In this document: one piece after another, positions 20,581 through 29,676 of the stretch
Position numbering within the stretch: the first letter of the stretch is position 1
Layout: every line of letters starts with the position of its first letter
Assembly: GCA_949737515.1 (NCBI GenBank)
Contig: CATJCP010000201.1
Location: 471-64,470 of the forward strand
Source of the DNA: an uncultured Oscillospiraceae bacterium
Lineage (GTDB): Bacteria; Bacillota; Clostridia; Oscillospirales; Ruminococcaceae
Reading direction: 5' to 3'
DNA: 64,000 nucleotides
Translations under genes and position numbers: made by a program
The notes under the pieces: generated by a model
Database searches by the model: none
What the model was told of the DNA's origin: nothing
What the model saw: the letters and a program-made list of their open reading frames with translations, nothing else

Positions 20581-21552
20581 TCACCACAGGCTGGATCCGG
20601 TGATCTTGCCGGATATGCGGTTGACCACCATCAGCAGGGTGAAATTGATCACATTGTTAAACAGCCCTACCGCCGAGGAATAGCTGTACTGTGCGCTGAG
20701 AATGCCTATTTTATACGTATAGGTGGATATAATTTCCGATACCTGCAGGTTTGCGTCGTTCTGCATCAGGTAGACCTTTTCAAACCCCACTGACAGGAAT
20801 TTCCCCATATTCATAATGAACAGGATCACCGCCGTGGGGAGGATAGAGGGAAAGTCCACATACCGTATCCGCTGGAGCTTGCTTGCGCCGTCCACAATGG
20901 CCGCCTCATGGATTTCCGGGCTGACGCTGGAAAGGCTGGCAATATAGATGATGGACGACCATCCTGTATTCTGCCAAACACCGCTCCATACGTACAAATG
21001 GCGGAAGTATTTTGAGTGGCTTAAAAACAATATGGGGTCCTGAAAGCCCAACAGCCTGGAAAGAAGGATATTGACCAGGCCGCCCCGGGCCTGGAACATG
21101 ACGTTGATAATGCCGACCAGCACAACGACTGATATGAAATGGGGCATATAGGAAATCATCTGCGTTGCCTTGCCAAACTTTTTGCTGGCGCATTGGTTAA
21201 GCAGGAGCGCGAAAACAATTGGAATGGGAAAGCTGGCGATCAGCGAGTATACGCTCAAGGCCATGGTGTTCCCCAGAAGGCTCCAGAACTGGGCTGAGGA
21301 AAAAAAACGTTTGAAATTTTCCAGCCCCACCCATGGACTGCCCAAAATGCCGTCCCAGGGATTGTAGTCCCGGAAGGCGATCTGGACGCCATACAGCGGT
21401 ACATAATGGAGAATGACGATGTACAGGAGAGCGGGGAGCAGTAGGAGGTAAAGGTCCCAGTTGCGCTTGAGAAGCTTGACAGTGGGATTGACACGTTTTC
21501 TCCTTGGCGGGACGTCGGCCGATGTCGGGATAGCGGTTGATGAATCCTTCAT
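20581..21552 (-). CDS. carbohydrate ABC transporter permease (LplB/YteP-type)
   Basis: KLLKRNWDLYLLLLPALLYIVILHYVPLYG N-terminus typical of LplB. EAA loop HEAAIVDGASKLQRIRYVDFPSILP. Start at ATG 21552 preferred over the TTG at 21627. Confidence 0.85.
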   Translation of the reverse strand: MKDSSTAIPTSADVPPRRKRVNPTVKLLKRNWDLYLLLLPALLYIVILHYVPLYGVQIAFRDYNPWDGILGSPWVGLENFKRFFSSAQFWSLLGNTMALSVYSLIASFPIPIVFALLLNQCASKKFGKATQMISYMPHFISVVVLVGIINVMFQARGGLVNILLSRLLGFQDPILFLSHSKYFRHLYVWSGVWQNTGWSSIIYIASLSSVSPEIHEAAIVDGASKLQRIRYVDFPSILPTAVILFIMNMGKFLSVGFEKVYLMQNDANLQVSEIISTYTYKIGILSAQYSYSSAVGLFNNVINFTLLMVVNRISGKITGSSLW

Positions 21553-21743
21553 AAAGTGAGTTTCGCCTCCGGTCTTTTGTGGTTTTGGGAATGATTTCAA
21601 TATAGCAAATTTAGATGGATTGCACAATTATTTTGTGTTGAATCGGTTATCTGCTGTTGAATTTCGCAGGTATCATTTGTTGAACACAGCCTTTCAAATG
21701 TGATTTTGAAGGGCTGCGGCATTAGGCGGGAGCTGGATTGCCA

Positions 21744-21781
21744 TAAAAAAACTCCCAAAGGAAACAATTCCTCTGGGAGTT
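21744..21781 (-). terminator. intrinsic terminator after thiT
   Basis: ACTCCCAAAGG ... CCTCTGGGAGT (one mismatch) followed on the minus strand by TTTTTTTA. Confidence 0.65.
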
Positions 21782-21819
21782 TTTACCTGTTTCAACAGTC
21801 TGAAAAGATAGGATGCTGC

Positions 21820-22410
21820 CTACATCGTCGAGGTTTTGGCTGCAGGACGTTTCAGCGTCTTAAAGTCCAGCACTGACGCGAGAAGCCCCATCACAACAGC
21901 GGATATGACCAGCTCGCAGAACATATAGGAACCGTTATAGGTAACGGAGTAAACCCATACGGACATTCCCTCCGGCGCGTAGCTGTGCCAGATAATCACC
22001 CCGGACAGCACATGGCACACCAGCCGGATCAGGACCGCCAGGGCGCTGCCGAAGCCGATGGACACCACCCTATGGCCAGGGATTAGCTTTGCAAACAGGC
22101 TGGCCAGCCCCAGACAGGAGAAAGCAAGCACATAGTCCAGCAGGACCACCAAGGTGTAATTCAAAAAGTTGGCGACTGGCGGGGGATAAAATCCGGTTAC
22201 CATGGAGACAAGGGAGTAGACAAAGGCGGTAAAGGTTCCCCATTTGGGGCCGTACCGGAAGGAGATGATCAGCAGCGGGACCATACTGGCTGCGGTAATG
22301 GAGCCGCCCTGAGGCAGGGTGAAGATCTTGACCATGGACAGGACCATGGCTAGGGCGATCATAATGGCGCTTTCGGTGATCATGCGGGTTTTTGTGGCGG
22401 ATGCTTGCAT
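21820..22410 (-). CDS. thiT: ECF-transporter S component for thiamine (ThiT family)
   Basis: MQASATKTRMITESAIMIALAMVLSMVKIFTLPQGGSITAASMVPLLIISFRYGPKWG, six TM segments. Preceded by a TPP riboswitch. Start moved to ATG 22410. Confidence 0.85.
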   Translation of the reverse strand: MQASATKTRMITESAIMIALAMVLSMVKIFTLPQGGSITAASMVPLLIISFRYGPKWGTFTAFVYSLVSMVTGFYPPPVANFLNYTLVVLLDYVLAFSCLGLASLFAKLIPGHRVVSIGFGSALAVLIRLVCHVLSGVIIWHSYAPEGMSVWVYSVTYNGSYMFCELVISAVVMGLLASVLDFKTLKRPAAKTSTM

Positions 22411-22446
22411 TTTGCTCGACCTCTTTTCATGTTTTATTTTGGCCGG

Positions 22447-22606
22447 ACAAAAAATGACGCCCCCATTACTGCCATTGACAGCTTCGGGGACGTGTGCTGG
22501 TTTAGATTGATATATCACGCCTTTCGCTCCCTACGCCGGTATGACCCGTATCAGGTTAAAAGGGTTGGAGACGCTGCTCCTCTCAGCCTTTCGGCACCCC
22601 TGCTTT
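22447..22606 (-). ncRNA. TPP (THI-box) riboswitch with terminator expression platform
   Basis: Minus strand reads GGGGTGCCGAAAGGCTGAGAGGAGCAGCGTCTCCAACCCTTTTAACCTGATACGGGTCATACCGGCGTAGGGAGCGAAAGG, carrying the conserved CUGAGA, ACCUGAU and ..UACC.GCG elements. Downstream hairpin ACGTCCCC...GGGGGCGT plus TTTTTT (22447-22493) lies about 37 nt before the thiT ATG. Confidence 0.85.
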
Positions 22607-22684
22607 GGCAATGTCAGTCGTTTTTATGCTTTGCAATGCTGATAGAACCATTGCAAAGACAGACGCCGCTGATTTGTCCAGTTC

Positions 22685-22713
22685 CATTATACCGGGTGAG
22701 AACGGATTTGTAA
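22685..22713 (-). promoter_or_regulatory. sigma-A-like promoter driving the TPP riboswitch-thiT unit
   Basis: Minus strand TTTACA, 17 nt, TATAAT. Confidence 0.6.
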
Positions 22714-22781
22714 AGAAATTTTTTTGGGACTCCGCCCAAAGGCAGCCGCTGGGGCAGGATATTGGCGAAAAACCCTGGGGA

Positions 22782-23459
22782 TTACAGATGGAGCCTTCTC
22801 AAGATCTCGTTGCGCAGGGCGGTCCCCTCGAAAATAAACAGGGAGGCCAAAGAGATGATGCTGACCGCCACACAGATGGCAGAGGGGTATACAATCCGCA
22901 CCGCGCCGCACAAAATGAGGATGAGAGGGACGATTCCCAAAATGCTGTCTAAAATCAGGTAGATAATGTAGTCCTGTATCCGCAGGCGGAGGATCCGCGC
23001 CACCAGGGACATAATGACCATGGTACATCCGCAGAGGATCGGGACCACATAGTCAATCGACCACCCCCGCCACCCGGTCCACCAGTCCCACAGCAGGGCC
23101 AGCAGCGAGATGAGCGCTACTTGCCACAGGATGGTCTTGGGGATGTTGGTCCGCTTTTTCTCCACCAGCCACAGGGTTAGCCAGAGGCTTCCGAACCCTG
23201 CCGCCACAAACATGGACCACCACCCGCCGGAGGGAAGGCTCAGGTTGACCGCAATGCAGACCGCTGCAGCCACAACCCCGACAAAGGCCACGATCCGCAA
23301 AAATCCGCTGTAATGCCTGGAATAGGTGAGCCAGGGAAAGGGATTCTCCCGCAGAGGCTCCCCGGTCAGGTCCCCCTGGCAGAGGGGGCACCTTTTCAGG
23401 GCCCCGGCCACTGATATTTTACATTTTTCGCAGCTTCGCATACTGATCATCCTTTTCAT
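22782..23459 (-). CDS. polytopic membrane protein with N-terminal zinc ribbon (DUF6320-like)
   Basis: CEKC-x11-CPLC followed by about 5 hydrophobic segments rich in Trp (LLALLWDWWTGWRGW). 15 nt after the acyltransferase stop. ATG 23441 is an alternative start (AAGGA upstream). Confidence 0.65.
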   Translation of the reverse strand: MKRMISMRSCEKCKISVAGALKRCPLCQGDLTGEPLRENPFPWLTYSRHYSGFLRIVAFVGVVAAAVCIAVNLSLPSGGWWSMFVAAGFGSLWLTLWLVEKKRTNIPKTILWQVALISLLALLWDWWTGWRGWSIDYVVPILCGCTMVIMSLVARILRLRIQDYIIYLILDSILGIVPLILILCGAVRIVYPSAICVAVSIISLASLFIFEGTALRNEILRRLHL

Positions 23460-23474
23460 ATGGGGAATGGGAAT

Positions 23475-24764
23475 CTACCGGTTTTCCTCTGCAATTTCAT
23501 CCTGGAAGGGGCTGGCGCTGATCTCGGCCTCTACCCCCAGGGAGGTGAGGAAACGGAAAAAGGCCCGCTGTACGTCGGTGCTGAGGAAGGGGGAGGTAAA
23601 GCTGATGGTAAACCGGTCCTGGAAGGAGCACATACATGCCTGAAGGCGGTTGGTAGCGGTGAATACGTCAAAGGAATCGATAAAGGGGGTCAGCTCCCTG
23701 GGCATGGTCACCCGCCCCACGTTGGAAAGTGCTGCGGTGATCTCCCGCTCGGCGGCCCAGTTGGCGATCCGCAGGACAGGGTCCTTCAGCACAAGGGGGA
23801 CCAGCTTCATGGGCAGGCTGTGCTCCAAGGCGCAGAGCTGGTTCATCCGTTCCCCTAGGTGCTCCTTGTTCAGCCACTTTTGGAAGCAGCCGTTTACATA
23901 TTCAATGATGTCCTCCAGCTTTTCCCCCTGCCTCCGGAAATCATACCCCACGTTGATGATCCCAAAAAAGTTCCGCGCTGATACCGATGGAAAGTAGTTG
24001 CGCAGGTTGACCGGGATGGTAATCACCACCGGTTTTTTCTGGTCCAGCAGGCTCATCTCCTCGTGGATGGCCAGAATCATAACCGCGGTGAGGAAGACTG
24101 TCAGGGTGGTGTGGTAGGCGTGGGCCTGGGCCAGCAGCGCCTTCACTGACATGGTCCCCTCAATGACCCCAATGCGGTTTTCCGGGAACCGGGGACCGCC
24201 CAGCCGGTAGGCTGCCGGGGACTTTGGCTGGCGGGTTTTTCCCATTTTTTCAAAGTATTTGGAGAAACTGTCATCCTGCTTTTGGTTTTTGGAGGCGTCG
24301 TAATCCAGGACAGGGGGCGTTTCCCTCAGTTCCTCCCCGTGGGCTTCCAGCAGATAATAGTAGACCAGAACCTGGAGAAAGTTTAAAGCCCCTGTTCCGT
24401 CGGACAGGGCGTGGTAAACCTCCAGGCTGATCCGTTTCTGGTAGTACATGACCCGGAACAGCAGGTTCTTTGCATCCCCGTTGTACAAGGGGGCGCAGAG
24501 AGGAGTGGACTCCGGCTCCACTACAGGATGCTGGGCGCTGTCCTCAAAGTAATACCAGAACAGGCCCTTTTTCAGAATAGAACGGTAAAAGGGGAACTGG
24601 ACCATGGTGCGGTCCAAAGCGTGCTGGAGAATCTCCGGCTCGATCTCCTCATTCAGCTGGCAGGCAAAGCGGAACACCTTGCTGTCCCGCCGGGTGCTGG
24701 TGGAGGGGAAAATTTTTGCCGCATTGTCCAGGCGGCTCCACTGCGGGTTTTTTCCGCTTCCCAT
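23475..24764 (-). CDS. HxxxD-type acyltransferase (alcohol acetyltransferase / condensation-domain-like)
   Basis: WSRLDNAAKIFPS N-terminus and EVYHALSDGTGALNFL (HxxxDG catalytic motif). 429 aa. Starts 6 nt after the esterase stop. Confidence 0.7.
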   Translation of the reverse strand: MGSGKNPQWSRLDNAAKIFPSTSTRRDSKVFRFACQLNEEIEPEILQHALDRTMVQFPFYRSILKKGLFWYYFEDSAQHPVVEPESTPLCAPLYNGDAKNLLFRVMYYQKRISLEVYHALSDGTGALNFLQVLVYYYLLEAHGEELRETPPVLDYDASKNQKQDDSFSKYFEKMGKTRQPKSPAAYRLGGPRFPENRIGVIEGTMSVKALLAQAHAYHTTLTVFLTAVMILAIHEEMSLLDQKKPVVITIPVNLRNYFPSVSARNFFGIINVGYDFRRQGEKLEDIIEYVNGCFQKWLNKEHLGERMNQLCALEHSLPMKLVPLVLKDPVLRIANWAAEREITAALSNVGRVTMPRELTPFIDSFDVFTATNRLQACMCSFQDRFTISFTSPFLSTDVQRAFFRFLTSLGVEAEISASPFQDEIAEENR

Positions 24765-24770
24765 GGGGTA

Positions 24771-25697
24771 TCATCCTTCCAGAAATTCGTTGATTATATC
24801 ATAGGTCCTTTTCACCAGGTCAAACCGGGCCGGAAGGGAAAAATACCCGTGAAGGGCGTCCGGCATCCGGCGTATCTCCACCTCGTTCCCGGCTTCTCCA
24901 AGGCGTTGGCCGTAGGCCTCTCCCTCGTCCCGCAGAGGACAGAATTCCGCCGTGACAATCAGCGTCTTCGGCTGTCCGCGGAGGTCTTTTGCCAGTAGCG
25001 GGGCATAATAGGGGTTTTCCAAATCTGAGGGGGAGGATTGATACAGCTCCATGTATTCGCACACCCGCTTGGAGGTGAGCAGATAGCCGGAACCGTTTTC
25101 CCGAATGGATGGGAATGGGGAGGCATCGCTGTGGTCGTTGTGGACAGCAGGATAGATCAGTATCTGCCGCCGGGGCATAAACTCCCCTCGGTCCTTGGCC
25201 AGCAGGGAAACGGCTGCCGACAGGTTTCCCCCGGCGCTGTCCCCAATGAGCACAATGTCCTCCTCCCGAACCTGGAACTGGGCACTCTCCCGAAAGATCT
25301 CCTTGGCCGCTGTGTAGCAATCCTCCAGCCCTGCCGGAAAGCGGTGCTCCGGCGCCAGCCGGTAGTCAATAGAAGCCACGGTACAGCCCGTGATATGGGC
25401 CATATCGGAGCACACCCCATTATAGCTGTCAATGTTTCCAGTCACCCATCCCCCTCCATGGATAAAAATCAGCACAGGGCGGCTTGCGATTTCCTCGCTG
25501 GGGGAAAAGATGCGGATGGGGATTTCATGGTCCTGACAGGGGACCTTATGGTTCCAAATACGGTACAGCTCCGGGCGTATCAGACGGATGGAGGTGAGGT
25601 TGGTCAGTTCCCGTTCCAGTTTATAGGTCTTCCGAATATCTATTTCCGGGTAGGATAAGGCCTTTAAGGCCGCGCGCATCGCTTTGTTGATTGCCAT
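24771..25697 (-). CDS. alpha/beta-hydrolase, hormone-sensitive-lipase (Aes) type esterase
   Basis: LIFIHGGGWVTGN (HGGG oxyanion motif), LIGDSAGGNLSA (G-D-S-A-G nucleophile), late D...H (PLRDEG...DALHGY). Confidence 0.85.
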   Translation of the reverse strand: MAINKAMRAALKALSYPEIDIRKTYKLERELTNLTSIRLIRPELYRIWNHKVPCQDHEIPIRIFSPSEEIASRPVLIFIHGGGWVTGNIDSYNGVCSDMAHITGCTVASIDYRLAPEHRFPAGLEDCYTAAKEIFRESAQFQVREEDIVLIGDSAGGNLSAAVSLLAKDRGEFMPRRQILIYPAVHNDHSDASPFPSIRENGSGYLLTSKRVCEYMELYQSSPSDLENPYYAPLLAKDLRGQPKTLIVTAEFCPLRDEGEAYGQRLGEAGNEVEIRRMPDALHGYFSLPARFDLVKRTYDIINEFLEG

Positions 25698-25880
25698 GAA
25701 TTTGTTCTCCCTGTTTTTTCTTTATATTATAGCGCATTTGTCTTACGGTTTCTATATTTTTTCAGCTGCGGAGAAAATTTTCATAGACGCCCGGGCGGGG
25801 GAACATCGCCGCTTTTACCTTCCGAAACCCATTCCCCCTTATTTCTTCTTCAAAATCTACCCAAAAGCCCTAAAACGGCC

Positions 25881-25913
25881 TGCAACACAGTGACAAACTC
25901 CGCTCTCGGCCAT
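25881..25913 (+). promoter_or_regulatory. candidate spoIIE promoter with over-long spacer
   Basis: TGACAA (25881-25886), 21 nt, TATAAT (25908-25913), about 105 nt upstream of the spoIIE ATG. Confidence 0.35.
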
Positions 25914-26017
25914 CTGCTATAATCAAGGTATCCAAAAGGGGGCGCAGGCCCCCTTCCCAATTCTATGCGCCGTAGCGTATAAAAAGAACATACATAAAAA
26001 GAAAGGCGGACAGACAG

Positions 26018-28456
26018 ATGGAAAACAGGGCGGACATATACGGGGTTGGATTGTTGGAAAAGGGCAAACATCTTGTACGGCAGATCTCCGGGGGCATCCA
26101 GTGGGCGGCAGTCCTGGTTATGGGATTTCTTCTTTCCAATGTGGTATTGCCTGGCAGCGTCTCCCCCTTTGGCCTGGCATACAGTATGGCGGCTCCTGCG
26201 GCATACCGGATACCGGCCATTGCGGGGGCCGCCATGGGGGATTTGTTTCACTTTGCGGGAAAGTTGGGCGGCTTTATGGAGAACGGCTTTTCCGGCGTTG
26301 CGTGGAGATATCTCCTGGGGATCCCCATTGCCTTGGCGGTGGACCGGGGGTGCAGGGCTCTCTTAGGAGTGAAGCCGTCTAATACGGTGCATTTAACGGG
26401 GGTATTTGGGGCGGCGGTGCTGCCGTGGCTGGCAGCCGGCCTGTTCCGCCGGGCCAGTGTCAGCGACCTGGTTCTGGCAGTCTGCCAGGGGGGAATGGCG
26501 GCTGGAGCCTGTTGGCTCTTCCAGAGGGCATTCCAGTGGATGGAGGTGCTCCCCGGACCTCGCACCCATTCAGGGGCGTCGCCCCGGGACCGGCCGGAGG
26601 CCGCCGATATTGTGAGCGTCCTTTTGACCGGGGGGCTGCTGTTTGCGGCGCTGTCCAGGTGGTGTATTGGCCGCGTGTCAGTAGGGCGGGTGCTGGCGTT
26701 GGCGGCAGTCCTGGTGTGCAGCTGCCGGAAAACCAACTCCGGCCTGGGGGCCGCGGCGGGGGTGACAGCAGGGGTTTTGGCTGCCCTCTGCGGACCCCAA
26801 AGGGGCCTTGGAAGCTTCCCGGGGGAGACTCTGCCGGGGATATGGGGAATCGGCGGGCTGCTGGCCGGAATGTTCGCGCCCCTTGGAAGGGGCTTCTGCT
26901 GCGCGGCTATGCTGTTGGGTGAGACGGCGTCGGTGTTCCTCTTTGCCCAGGATGAACGGACTTACATATTGCTGGCAGAGGCGTTGGCGGCGAGCGTGCT
27001 GTTCCTGATGCTGCCGGCCAAGGTGGTAAACCTGGCGGTTAAGTGGCTGGGAGGGGATCTGCCTGGGGACAGCCCTCCGGTGGGGGAACTGCTGCTGAAC
27101 CGTCTGCGCTGTGCAGGGGCTGCGCTGGCCGATATTGCCCGAACCACCGAAGCTGTCTCCGAACGGCTGGCGGAGCGGGAGCTGCCCTGCTCCGATTCCC
27201 CGGACCAGATCTACCGGAACACAGTCCTGAAGGTCTGCCGCGGCTGTTCCAATGGAATGGAGTGCTGGGCGGAGCGCTATTCTGATTCTGCGGAGGGGAT
27301 GAGCAGGCTCCATCAGCTTTTGCAGCGGCAGGGAGGCATTGCCGGACCCCAGGAGATTTCCGCCTGCTTCCCCCGGGGCTGCTGCCAGCCTGGCGAGCTG
27401 GCCATACAGGCGGAACGGGATTTCCGCGAACATTTGGCCCAAAAAGAAAAAAAGCGGGTTTCAACCCGCGTGAGAGGGGTGGTAACCGACCAATTTGAGG
27501 GGCTTTCCATGGTCATGGACGGCATGGAACAGCAGCTCAGAAGCCTCAGCCGCGCCAGCCCTTCCCTGTGCGGGCAGCTCGCCCAATACTGTGAGAAAAA
27601 CCGGATGGATCCCTTTGAGATCAACTGTTACGAGACGGCCAGCGGGAGGCTCACCGTTGAGCTGGTGCTTCCGTTCAGGCGGATGGAGCGGATCGACAAG
27701 GCGGATCTGGCCATTGCCTTGGGAGAAGTCTGCGAAAGGGATTTCGATATGCCCCAGGTGGAGGCCGGACAGCAGGATGGAGCGGTCCGGCTGCGGTTTC
27801 GGGAACTGCCCTCCTTCCGCCTGGAGACTGGGTCCGCCCAGCTGAGCGTTTCCGGTTCCCGCATCTGTGGAGACAGCTGCAGCACCTTCCAGGACGAGGA
27901 GAACCGCGCCGCCATGCTTATCAGCGACGGCATGGGAACAGGGGCCCGGGCGGCCATGGATTCTGCCATGGCGTCGGGCCTGTTTTCCCGGCTGCTGTGC
28001 GCGGGGATTGCGCCTGCGGCGGCGCTGAAACTGGTCAACGGGGCCTTGCTGGTAAAGTCCGACGAAGAATCCCTGGCTACGCTGGATCTGGCAAATGTGG
28101 ACCTGTACACCGGCAAGGCAGAGTTCTTTAAGGCAGGCGCAGCCCCCACCTTCCTGCGGCGCGGGGGACACGCCGGAAGTGTGGAGGCTGCCTCGCTGCC
28201 TGCGGGAATTTTAAATAATGTGGACTTTGAACATGCAGCGGTTGCACTGCGGGATGGGGATCTTATCATCATGGTCTCCGACGGGGCGGTTCAGAACGGG
28301 GCCGATTGGATCGGCCTGGAGGCAGAGCAGTTTGAGGGAAAAGATGTGGAGGAATTTGCGGAACGTCTGGCCAAACGGGCCCGGGCCAGAATGAAGGACG
28401 GAAAGGAGGACGATATCACAGTTTTAGTGGGAATGCTGGTGAGATGCGACAGGTGA
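26018..28456 (+). CDS. spoIIE: stage II sporulation protein E (membrane PP2C phosphatase)
   Basis: About 10 N-terminal TM segments, a central regulatory region and a C-terminal PP2C domain: SGSRICGDSCSTFQD, LISDGMGTGARAAMDSAMA, IIMVSDGA, DDITVLV. Confidence 0.9.
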   Translation: MENRADIYGVGLLEKGKHLVRQISGGIQWAAVLVMGFLLSNVVLPGSVSPFGLAYSMAAPAAYRIPAIAGAAMGDLFHFAGKLGGFMENGFSGVAWRYLLGIPIALAVDRGCRALLGVKPSNTVHLTGVFGAAVLPWLAAGLFRRASVSDLVLAVCQGGMAAGACWLFQRAFQWMEVLPGPRTHSGASPRDRPEAADIVSVLLTGGLLFAALSRWCIGRVSVGRVLALAAVLVCSCRKTNSGLGAAAGVTAGVLAALCGPQRGLGSFPGETLPGIWGIGGLLAGMFAPLGRGFCCAAMLLGETASVFLFAQDERTYILLAEALAASVLFLMLPAKVVNLAVKWLGGDLPGDSPPVGELLLNRLRCAGAALADIARTTEAVSERLAERELPCSDSPDQIYRNTVLKVCRGCSNGMECWAERYSDSAEGMSRLHQLLQRQGGIAGPQEISACFPRGCCQPGELAIQAERDFREHLAQKEKKRVSTRVRGVVTDQFEGLSMVMDGMEQQLRSLSRASPSLCGQLAQYCEKNRMDPFEINCYETASGRLTVELVLPFRRMERIDKADLAIALGEVCERDFDMPQVEAGQQDGAVRLRFRELPSFRLETGSAQLSVSGSRICGDSCSTFQDEENRAAMLISDGMGTGARAAMDSAMASGLFSRLLCAGIAPAAALKLVNGALLVKSDEESLATLDLANVDLYTGKAEFFKAGAAPTFLRRGGHAGSVEAASLPAGILNNVDFEHAAVALRDGDLIIMVSDGAVQNGADWIGLEAEQFEGKDVEEFAERLAKRARARMKDGKEDDITVLVGMLVRCDR

Positions 28457-28469
28457 CCGGCAATGGGGT

Positions 28470-29345
28470 TTACAGAATCCCTATTCCCTCTGACAGTTCA
28501 GTCATCACCAGCACCTTGGTGCGGGGAATCTTTGCGTCGGAAGCAGCCTGGCTGGAGGTCTTCTTGCCCTTGGGATCCGGCTCTTCCGGAGGGGAGTTCA
28601 AGAGGGTGCAATAGTAAGTAAAATATTCCCCTGTAGGGTTAAACGCCGCATCCACCATGGAGCCACCACCGCTGCTGGAAATCCAGATCCCCGCTGTGCC
28701 CTTGGAAAGCTCCGGGGCAAAGTCGTAATCGGTCACAGCATAATCCGTCGCAGGGACAAACTGATACACGCCGCCCTCGGGCAGGGGAAAGGTCTGGGAC
28801 AGGTACTTGGCGGGGAAGTTCAGGAAGGTCTTTATGCTCTCATCGGTGGGCAGCTGGTCCAGCTGGATGGGCAGGTCCTGAAGTTTCTGGTTTTTAGCGG
28901 TTTTGTAAAGATGCAGGGCAGATTCATCGGGTAGATATGTCAGTTCCCATAGACTGTACCGGTCTTTTGCAGGGACTGCCAGGGGAATGGAGAACCGGGT
29001 GACAGAGCCGGAACTATCCACCGATGCGGTAGGGGGTGAAAAGAGATAGACCGCATCGGTCTCCTGGATCCCTATTTGTGTGCGGACGCTGCGCATGGTC
29101 CTTTGGGTAAAGATGGATTCCCAGGAAACGTCGGAGGCAAGCAGCGTCTCATCCGGGCCCGGGGTGTGGAATACCGCCGCCGAGACGGCGATATAAAGGC
29201 TGACCAGTACAACGGCACAGGTGATGGCAATCTGCCCCTGGGGGGTGCGAAAGAAATCCTTGGTTCGAAGCCATCGTTTCAGATCAGAGCGGAAATTTTT
29301 TTGATTTTGCCTTTGTGCCTGGCGGCGCGGGGGAGCCTTTGCCAT
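28470..29345 (-). CDS. hypothetical single-pass membrane protein
   Basis: Basic N-terminus, one TM (IAITCAVVLVSLYIAVSAAVF), extracytoplasmic domain. No recognisable family. Coding-like composition. Confidence 0.5.
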   Translation of the reverse strand: MAKAPPRRQAQRQNQKNFRSDLKRWLRTKDFFRTPQGQIAITCAVVLVSLYIAVSAAVFHTPGPDETLLASDVSWESIFTQRTMRSVRTQIGIQETDAVYLFSPPTASVDSSGSVTRFSIPLAVPAKDRYSLWELTYLPDESALHLYKTAKNQKLQDLPIQLDQLPTDESIKTFLNFPAKYLSQTFPLPEGGVYQFVPATDYAVTDYDFAPELSKGTAGIWISSSGGGSMVDAAFNPTGEYFTYYCTLLNSPPEEPDPKGKKTSSQAASDAKIPRTKVLVMTELSEGIGIL

Positions 29346-29676
29346 TGGATTTCACCTCGTTATCATAAATAGACTGCAACCTGAAACCCTGTCGGATCAG
29401 GCCGGATTGTGAAGAAACAGAGAAATAGATATTATTATTATAGCAAATTAAGGGGGAGGGAAAAAGGACTTAATTGTAACAATACCTTTGCTATATATTG
29501 TACATATTGCCTGATTTTTTGTCCATAAATTTGTTTTTAGACCCTGTTGACCAGCGCAGGGCGATTTGCCGCGGATATTTGCCCTAACGGCGGCATATTT
29601 ATAGAAAAGATACACAGGAATACACGGTGAAACTGTCCGCGCCGCGGCGGATAGTTTGCAGAAGGAGGTGAAGGGG

